Source of the DNA: Patescibacteria group bacterium
GTDB lineage: Bacteria > Patescibacteriota > Patescibacteriia > SG8-24 > DYFX01
DNA: 64,000 bases
Direction: 5' to 3'
Assembly: GCA_041659045.1 (NCBI GenBank)
Contig: JBAZZB010000002.1
Span: 21,427-85,426 of the forward strand
Below are positions 57,158-64,000 of the stretch, piece after piece (the first letter of the stretch is position 1; each line of letters begins with the position of its first letter). The notes beneath the pieces were generated by a model. The model had not been told where the DNA came from. It did no database searches and was given only the letters and a program-made list of their open reading frames with translations. The position numbers were made by a program, and so were the translations under genes.

Positions 57158-60100
57158 TTACCACATGCTCCGGCCGCCGAGCGCCCAACCAATGACGGGG
57201 GCGTTCTTGTACTGCCAGAGGAATTTGCGGGGCGGAACCGTGCGGTAGACAGCGCGGCCAGCAGCGCGCGTTGCGTCGCTGTTGCGGGTCCAATAAGCAA
57301 TGGACTCGTCGTGCGTCAGAAGCAGCTGCTTAGCAATATTCTGAAGCGAGGTGCGCTGTGTCATGTCGGTCGTGAAGTAGGCACCGAGGGCGACGACACT
57401 GCTCACGTCGAGCGAGTGTTCGAAGCCGTTGGCCGGATCCGGATCAGCATCACCCTTCGCACCGAAGCTGTAGGCGATGTAGTACGGGTAGTAGCGGCCA
57501 ACCGACATCGGTCCGTCTTCTCCGGCTTGAAGCGTCGTGATACCGCGGTTCACTTCGCACTGTGCGAGATCAACCAAGGCGGCGGGCACGGACGAGTGAC
57601 CAGTGGCTTGGTAACCGCGGAGGAAACCATAGGCCAAGAGACTCGACATCCACGGTGAGAAGGTATTGTTCTCCCCTTCCGGCGGATAGTTGAAGCAGCC
57701 GTTCGGCGCGTTGCCGTTCAAGCTCGAAGTCTGGCGTGCGCGCATCGTATTGATGGCGTTCGTGACCATCGCGCGCTGGTGGGCGCTACCCGTCAACTCG
57801 GCGTCGACAGCGTGCGCGAGCAAGGCGTAACCGCGATGGCGTTCCGTTTCACCGGTTCCCATCAAGTTGATGTGGAACTCCATGGCCCAAGAGATGTAGC
57901 CGATCTTCTTGAGGTGCGTCGTGTCACCTGTCAGGAGGTAGTTCGAGAGAAGACCTTCGCTGTACGAATACTTGAGGTCGTGGAAGGAGCCGGCGGCGTC
58001 GGGATTCTTCAGGCGGAAGCTGCCGACGCAGTACGGATAGTACGTACCTGAGCAGTTTTCCGGCCCATAGATGTTCTGCGCGTAGTGATCCGCAGCGCGC
58101 TGCGCTTCACGGAGCATGTCGGCGTTGCCGGTACGGAAGTAGCCGTTATAGAAGGTCTGCGTGCGGTCGTAGAGCCACGGTTCTGCGTCGGTGTAGAAGT
58201 CGATGAGGTCATCGGCATAGGTCACCGGCCACGACTGCTTCACCGAGTGCTGGTTGGTGAGCGAGTAGAAGAAGTCATCGGTGGCTTTGTCCGTGGCGGC
58301 GAGATACGTCTGGGTGCCGGTCGGGTTCACCATCGGGAAGATGGCCGTGCAGTCCAAGTAGCGGTTATCGATTGCGGCGAGCACGCGCGGTTCGCGAATC
58401 GTGAGGCCGCTCGTGTTTACGGACGGCGCATACGTGCCGTCATTCACGACGCGATACGTGTCGCGCACCGGGGTTTCGCTCGTAAGGTTCTGCGTGCGAG
58501 CGCGGTTCAAGCCGACCGTGACGGTCACCGGGCTGGTACTCGAGAAGTTCATGTCGAACTGGACGAGCACGCTGCGGATACCGGGGTTACCGGAAGCCGT
58601 GAGGCCGTTGCAGAGCAAACGCTGATCCGGCATCTGTTCCCAAGCGCCGAGACTGCGGACGAAAGCCGGGAGTTCCTGGCCGGCAGCGTTCGTCACGCGG
58701 ATATTATTGGTATTCACGAGCGTGCTCGGCGGGAGCGGGAAGCCGAACGAAACGCGGCGCGTCTGGCCGACGGAGTCGGCAGCCGGGATCAAGCGGACCG
58801 TGACGTCCTTCGGCGTGGTGTTGACCGCGGCGCCGTTCGAGGAGAGGTCGTTACGCAAGTCCATTTCGGCGGTCATCGAACGGAACGTGGTCGGACGGCT
58901 GTTATAGCCAGACAATTCAAGGTTGGTCGAATCCGAGGCCGGGGGCGGCACCGTGCAAGATTGCGACGTGGCCGGGCTCGGCGTGGTGACGCCAGCGCAA
59001 TCCGTCGTCATGCTGCAGGAGCGCGTCTGGCTGCCGCTGGCAGAACAGGCGTTCCAGTCAGTACATGTCCAGGTATCGGCCGTACAGCTCGGAGACGGCG
59101 TCGGCGCAGGTGCGGGCGTCGGGGTCGTGGTTGAACACGACTGTGAAGTCGCCGGGCTCGGCGTCGTGACGCCGGCGCAGTCAGACGTCATGCTGCAAAG
59201 ACGCGTCTGGTTGCCGCTTGTCGAGCACGCATTCCAATCCGTGCAGGACCACGTGTCGGCCGTACAGGTCGGAGCTGGCGTTGAAGCAGCCCTCTGCTCA
59301 ACAACATAGAGGTGCGCGTCATCAACCGTAGCCGTAATCGTGCCCGCATCGTCCAGTTTGAACTGGAAGAAGACGCGCTCGAGACGTTGGTTATTGGTGT
59401 TGAGGTTCAAGTAGACATCAGTGGACTGCGTGCTCACCGGGTAATCCTGGCAGCTCGAGATCGGCTGACCCGAAGAAGCGAGATACGCGATCGAGCAGAT
59501 CTGCATGCGCAAACCGGCTGCGGAAGCGCTGTCGACTCGGACCTTGGCTTTCACCGTCACCGAGCTCGCGAGCGGACCGCCGTTATAGGGGTAGTTGTGC
59601 GCGAAGGAGACGCGGCCATAGGAGTTCGTGGTCACGCGAAGGCTGCTCGTACCTTGAATCGGGCTTGCAGTGATACGAGAAACCGTACCATCGGACGATT
59701 CGTTCGGCTCGAAACCACCAACGGATGATTCGAAACCATTGTCCGTGATGTAGTCAGCGAGCGCGGAGCCGGAAGGAACCGTCGGCATCTGTCCGGTGGT
59801 CGGCGTCGGAGTGGGCGCGGGGGTCGTGACCGGCGGCGTGCAGGACTGTGTGGTAGCCGGGCTCGGCGTCGTGACGCCGGCGCAGTCGGTTGTCATGCTG
59901 CAAAGGCGCGTCTGGCTGCCGCTGGCAGAGCAGGCGTTCCAATCGGTGCAAGACCACACGTCAGCCGTGCAGCTCGGGGTCGGAGTGGGCGTCGGGGTAG
60001 GGGTCGGCGCCGGCGGAGGCGTCGGAGTGGCAATATTGCCAAGACCCTTATCCCCATTAATACTGGTCGCCGAAGCAAGTTCAGCCGTGCGATCGTAGTC

Positions 60101-60580
60101 GGCGGCGGAATTGATGGGCGAACCGTCGGTGTAGTTTACGAAGAAGGCGTCCGGAATATCGTCGATAAGCGACGCCCAGCCGGAGCCAAAGATGGCGGCA
60201 GCGACGGCTTCAGACGAAACAAAGCGCAAAATGCCGCCACGCGAGATCGCGTAGACGCTGGGATCGGTATCGATTTTGATCATGCGAGAACCCGGGCGAT
60301 ACGTGACGTTGCCGCCAATCGTGATCGCGGCGAGTTCATCGGCCGTGACGGTTTGAACGCTGGAAAAATCGGAGTACCAGGTTCGGAAAACGTTTTCGTT
60401 CGGGAAGACGTAACGCCGGCCGTTGGAGGCGAAGTAATAGACGGCAGGATGATCGGCGCGCTTGATGAGGGCACCCGGAGTCGGTGCGGCTTTTGCCGTA
60501 AACGGCATGCCGACGAAGGACGTCGCGAGCGTAAGGAGGAGGATCAAGGCACGGAACGCGTTCGTCTTCTTCATAGGCAT
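57158..60580 (-). CDS. paralog of 48361..51972 with 3 TSP1-like repeats and a different, possibly YetA/lyase-like C-terminal head
   Basis: Same N-terminus and CBM-like module; head VSFGFPLPP..IRV..GQELPA..W..SVLVQF, EPWLYDR, FSPWMSSLL. Confidence 0.85.
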   Translation of the reverse strand: MPMKKTNAFRALILLLTLATSFVGMPFTAKAAPTPGALIKRADHPAVYYFASNGRRYVFPNENVFRTWYSDFSSVQTVTADELAAITIGGNVTYRPGSRMIKIDTDPSVYAISRGGILRFVSSEAVAAAIFGSGWASLIDDIPDAFFVNYTDGSPINSAADYDRTAELASATSINGDKGLGNIATPTPPPAPTPTPTPTPTPSCTADVWSCTDWNACSASGSQTRLCSMTTDCAGVTTPSPATTQSCTPPVTTPAPTPTPTTGQMPTVPSGSALADYITDNGFESSVGGFEPNESSDGTVSRITASPIQGTSSLRVTTNSYGRVSFAHNYPYNGGPLASSVTVKAKVRVDSASAAGLRMQICSIAYLASSGQPISSCQDYPVSTQSTDVYLNLNTNNQRLERVFFQFKLDDAGTITATVDDAHLYVVEQRAASTPAPTCTADTWSCTDWNACSTSGNQTRLCSMTSDCAGVTTPSPATSQSCSTTTPTPAPAPTPSPSCTADTWTCTDWNACSASGSQTRSCSMTTDCAGVTTPSPATSQSCTVPPPASDSTNLELSGYNSRPTTFRSMTAEMDLRNDLSSNGAAVNTTPKDVTVRLIPAADSVGQTRRVSFGFPLPPSTLVNTNNIRVTNAAGQELPAFVRSLGAWEQMPDQRLLCNGLTASGNPGIRSVLVQFDMNFSSTSPVTVTVGLNRARTQNLTSETPVRDTYRVVNDGTYAPSVNTSGLTIREPRVLAAIDNRYLDCTAIFPMVNPTGTQTYLAATDKATDDFFYSLTNQHSVKQSWPVTYADDLIDFYTDAEPWLYDRTQTFYNGYFRTGNADMLREAQRAADHYAQNIYGPENCSGTYYPYCVGSFRLKNPDAAGSFHDLKYSYSEGLLSNYLLTGDTTHLKKIGYISWAMEFHINLMGTGETERHRGYALLAHAVDAELTGSAHQRAMVTNAINTMRARQTSSLNGNAPNGCFNYPPEGENNTFSPWMSSLLAYGFLRGYQATGHSSVPAALVDLAQCEVNRGITTLQAGEDGPMSVGRYYPYYIAYSFGAKGDADPDPANGFEHSLDVSSVVALGAYFTTDMTQRTSLQNIAKQLLLTHDESIAYWTRNSDATRAAGRAVYRTVPPRKFLWQYKNAPVIGWALGGRSMW

Positions 60581-60659
60581 TTGGGTTTAAGAACTACATT
60601 GTATCAAAAAAACGTCAAGAGTTCAAGACCTCTTTGACGTTTTCCTGTAATTTTAGCGA

Positions 60660-61046
60660 TTACGCGCGCGTGGCAGTCGGTGGATGGAGCAAAATTTCTT
60701 TCACTTTCTCCACGACTTCCTTAATAGGGTGCTGGGCTTTGACGAAATAATCGGTCGCTCCAAGCTTGAGAGCGCGCTTGATGTCTTCGTCCTGACCAAG
60801 ATTTGAGAGAATGATGACCGGGACGACTTTTGTCACTTGATCGGCTTGCAGCGCTTCGAGAACTTCGAAGCCGCTCTTCTTCGGCAACATGAGGTCGAGG
60901 AGAATGAGGTCCATTTGCGCAGCCTTTGCCTTCATCAAGGCCTCTTCGCCGTCTTGAGCCGTTTCAACAAGAAAGTGATGGTGCTCGAACTCGTCGCGCA
61001 ACACCTCACGCAGCGTTTTTTCGTCTTCGGCGATGAGGATCTTCAT
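60660..61046 (-). CDS. single-domain response regulator (receiver)
   Basis: KILIAEDE, ILLDLMLPKKSGFEVL, ILSN, GATDYFVK. Confidence 0.92.
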   Translation of the reverse strand: MKILIAEDEKTLREVLRDEFEHHHFLVETAQDGEEALMKAKAAQMDLILLDLMLPKKSGFEVLEALQADQVTKVVPVIILSNLGQDEDIKRALKLGATDYFVKAQHPIKEVVEKVKEILLHPPTATRA

Positions 61047-61062
61047 ACGGTGGATGCGGTAT

Positions 61063-62760
61063 TTATTTGTTGATGTCTTCAATGCTATCCGAAATATACT
61101 TGCTGAGCTCCTTCGCTCGTTTTTTCCAACGCTCCAGAAGCGTCAGCGTTTCTTTCGTTTCCGATTCCGCGAGCGTCGCCTGCTTCCCGTACTTCTTGAG
61201 CAGATACCCGAAGTCTTTCTCCATTTGATCTCCCGCCGAGAGTAAATCGCGCTGCGCGATCACTTGGCGATTTCTCCGCTTCCGTCCGCGCACCTGGCTC
61301 ATCCTCCAACCCACGACGTACCCGCCAAGGAGCAGCGCGATGATAGAGAGGAAGAAAACCGCTTGGGAAACTTCAATGCCCGCCAAGACGAGGAAGGGGC
61401 GCGCTCGTACGGTGAACGGGGCCGTACGGACCGGAAGACTGAGAGCGCCGCGCTCGTCGCGAGCGACGGCCTCAACCATATACTGACCCTTTTGGAGCGG
61501 ATGCTCAATATGAGCGTTCCACACCCCATTTTCATCCGGAGCGATGGTCGTGGTTGCAACCGTTTCGCCATTGATCCGTCTGAGCGTCACCAAGACGCTT
61601 GCTCCCGGCATCACTGTACCAGCAATGGTCAGCTCGCCCTCGTCGACGAAAATATCCCTGGGGATCGCGCTGATCGTCGGAGACACGATCGGTACGATCG
61701 TGAGATCGACGGAAGCTTCCGTACGGTTGCCCGCCTGGTCGATCGCGAAGATCTTTACGACGTGCTCGCCAGGAGGAAGCGGCTGAAGCGCTTGCTCGCT
61801 TTCCGTTTGAATTTCCTCACCGGCGTCGATCCGCATGCGGTAGGCGCGGAGCCCGGAAAGCTGGTCGGCACTGGCGTAGGAAAGCTTCGGATTCGGCACG
61901 TCGGAGATCGCTCCTTGTGGAACAAGCACTTCAAACGGCGTCGGCGGAAGCGTGTCGATGGCGATACGGTAGTGCGTCGTTTCGCTCCAACCGACGTTGT
62001 TTCGGAAGCGCACGTGTAGATACCAGATCCCATCTTTTGTGACACGGAAGAGCTTGTTATCGAACAACCCTTCTGATTTCGACGGATTCGTTTGCGGATC
62101 CTGGTTCAATGCTGTCGCGACCGCACTTACGTCGGAAGGAAGATTCCACTTCGCGATAAACGTCGAGAGGATGTTGTACCAATCGCTCGAATTTGGATAG
62201 AGCGGAATTTCAACTTTTGGGGCGTCAGGATTTTTTTCCGCCGGAGTCGGCTCGCGCGTAATCTGCGTCGGCTTTTCCTCGAGCGGCGCAGTGTTCGCAA
62301 TACTGATGCCGTGCATGGCCGTGAGCACGTTGGTGCCGGCTCCATCGCTCGCCGCGACGGCTCCATCGACAAACTGAAAGTCTGCCGTACCGATTTTTTT
62401 GATCTTGAACGTCACGCGTACGATCGGCAGCGACTGCCCGACAAAACCGTTGGTTGAACCGCCCGTGAAGACGATGCGGCCTGTTTCATTCGAATAACTC
62501 GGGCCCTCGACCCAAAAGTTAAACACGGAGTCGTTCGTATCGACGCCAACAGCTTCGACAAGGTCGATCGGGTACTGAAGCGACGCTTCGGCAGCGTTGA
62601 TACCGGCGTTTTCCGTATTGATCGTGAGCGTGAGCGTGACGTTTTCGCCAACCTTGGCAGAACTCTTATCGAGAAGCGCATCGAGCGTGGCAGCGGAGAC
62701 ATGGCTACCGATGAGCACTCCTGCGAGCACCAACGGCGCGTACAGATATGTGAGGCGCAT
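61063..62760 (-). CDS. cohesin-like domain membrane-anchored surface protein
   Basis: INAAEASL.YP..SVFNFW..P.YSN..G.I.F.GG..NGF; DGIWYLHVR; C-terminal TM. Confidence 0.8.
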   Translation of the reverse strand: MRLTYLYAPLVLAGVLIGSHVSAATLDALLDKSSAKVGENVTLTLTINTENAGINAAEASLQYPIDLVEAVGVDTNDSVFNFWVEGPSYSNETGRIVFTGGSTNGFVGQSLPIVRVTFKIKKIGTADFQFVDGAVAASDGAGTNVLTAMHGISIANTAPLEEKPTQITREPTPAEKNPDAPKVEIPLYPNSSDWYNILSTFIAKWNLPSDVSAVATALNQDPQTNPSKSEGLFDNKLFRVTKDGIWYLHVRFRNNVGWSETTHYRIAIDTLPPTPFEVLVPQGAISDVPNPKLSYASADQLSGLRAYRMRIDAGEEIQTESEQALQPLPPGEHVVKIFAIDQAGNRTEASVDLTIVPIVSPTISAIPRDIFVDEGELTIAGTVMPGASVLVTLRRINGETVATTTIAPDENGVWNAHIEHPLQKGQYMVEAVARDERGALSLPVRTAPFTVRARPFLVLAGIEVSQAVFFLSIIALLLGGYVVGWRMSQVRGRKRRNRQVIAQRDLLSAGDQMEKDFGYLLKKYGKQATLAESETKETLTLLERWKKRAKELSKYISDSIEDINK

Positions 62761-62765
62761 ACGGC

Positions 62766-64000
62766 TTATTTACGAATCGTTCGAATAAAGATGCTGAAGT
62801 CTGACACGTCGACCTCTCCGTCACTATTCATATCAAGCAGCGCGCGTAGGCTTTCGTCGGCTGATCGCCACCGATAGAGGAAGATGCTCCAATCGGCGAT
62901 ATCGACCTTCGTATCCTCGTTGAGATCCGTCCGCGCGTTCAGGACCCTGGAGACGTTTAAGGTTTTTGGTACCGAGTCCCCGCTCTTCACGCCGTCTGCC
63001 GCAACCTGTCGCGTGCGAATGGCGTGTTTGCCGTATTCCAGCTGCAGCGTCGGCAAGAGGAGTTTGTAGGTACCGTCCTCTTCAACGATCACTTTTTGAA
63101 ACGCCTCATCATCGATGACGACTTCCACGTGATATCCAGGCGTTCCGTAGCCGAACACGAGAATTTGGTTTCCTCGCAAGATCGAGGCACGCGAGAGGTT
63201 GATCGTCGGTGCTGGGAAAATTATCCGCTCGGTAACCGCGTTCAATTCAACTTCGTCCGTGAACGGAATGGATGGACTTACTTGCCCTTGCTTGTCCGTC
63301 ACGCTGACTTCGTAGGAGGCGATCTCTTCAAACGGTCCGGCGTATTCCAGCTGGAAGCTGCCGTCTGCCGACGAGACGACGGCTTCCGACAGCACCAAAT
63401 TCGTTTTCTCGTTCTTGCCGTTGAGCGCCAAGCGCGCACCCGGATACGCCCGGCCGACGAAGCGAAGAATCGTCTGTGCCGGCAACGGCGAGGCGGAACC
63501 AGAACCGCCATAGGAAACGGACGCTTCCTCACCAACGGCTCTGAAAACCGCTTGCTGCATCGAAGACACGTTTAGTCCCGTTGATTCGACGTCTGTCAGC
63601 GTGAGCGTGACCGTTTCAGCAACAGCACTCGTGAGCGTCGCGGTGCCGACGCCGTTTACGACATCAATCACACCGTCGCCTGTCGCGGAGCCATCCGCGT
63701 TCAACCGAACATCCGTTTGATAGGACGTGTCGACGTTTCCGCTTGCGTCCTCTGCCCTGACAACAACAGTCATGTTACCGCCAACGACGACATCTTCCGG
63801 ATCAAGAATAGCGAACCGTGTCGCAACAATCGGCGCGGCACTCACAGCAACAGTATCCGCTGCGTCCGCGACGCCGGCTGCGCCATCCGGACCCGATGCG
63901 TTATCCGAAACCGTAATTATCCTGCTCCCCTCTCCTTCGTCGTAATACCAGAACGCGCCAGTGGACTGACCCGCCGCGATCACGAGCGACGTTATTTGCG
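62766..64000 (-). CDS. Ig-like surface protein with C-terminal dockerin-like duplicated Ca-loop; 5' end outside window
   Basis: TDLNEDTKVDIADWSIF and DMNSDGEVDVSDFSIF; frame open to window edge. Confidence 0.8.
   Translation of the reverse strand, partial: QITSLVIAAGQSTGAFWYYDEGEGSRIITVSDNASGPDGAAGVADAADTVAVSAAPIVATRFAILDPEDVVVGGNMTVVVRAEDASGNVDTSYQTDVRLNADGSATGDGVIDVVNGVGTATLTSAVAETVTLTLTDVESTGLNVSSMQQAVFRAVGEEASVSYGGSGSASPLPAQTILRFVGRAYPGARLALNGKNEKTNLVLSEAVVSSADGSFQLEYAGPFEEIASYEVSVTDKQGQVSPSIPFTDEVELNAVTERIIFPAPTINLSRASILRGNQILVFGYGTPGYHVEVVIDDEAFQKVIVEEDGTYKLLLPTLQLEYGKHAIRTRQVAADGVKSGDSVPKTLNVSRVLNARTDLNEDTKVDIADWSIFLYRWRSADESLRALLDMNSDGEVDVSDFSIFIRTIRK

Larger units (their letters stand above)
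51872..60627. repeat. ~148-bp near-identical direct repeat (promoter + signal peptide) at 51872-52019 and 60480-60627
   Basis: 4 mismatches by eye; includes TTGAAC-17-TACAAT on the minus strand. Confidence 0.85.

Overview
GC-rich bacterial chromosome segment using code 11. Gene content and architecture point to Patescibacteria/CPR, probably Candidatus Uhrbacteria (inference from short ProRS, 4-domain S1, tRNA-Arg(UCG), T4P ATPases and a recurrent 'KRYVFPN..F.SWY.DFS' domain in surface proteins). Housekeeping genes (rny-ymdB-hup, proS, typA, dut, pilT, rnc-nusB-rpmF, gyrA, rpsA-ftsH, yjjX, pilB, tsaD-tsaE; tRNA-Lys/Arg/Glu) are interleaved with many single-gene ORFan units. Large modular surface proteins cluster at the right end (sortase F plus an LPNTG ice-binding-like protein, two paralogs with different C-terminal heads, a cohesin/dockerin pair). 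Main signals: (1) a tandem array of small cassettes downstream of tRNA-Glu, bounded by a conserved arm + copy of the tRNA 3' end + terminator, with no recombinase in the window; (2) a tRNA-like RNA with its own predicted promoter whose anticodon loop is replaced by a 39-nt branched insert; (3) a GIY-YIG gene inside 34-bp perfect inverted repeats; (4) core genes are leaderless or SD-less while many ORFans carry strong SD sites. All calls come from reading the sequence; no searches or folding programs were run.
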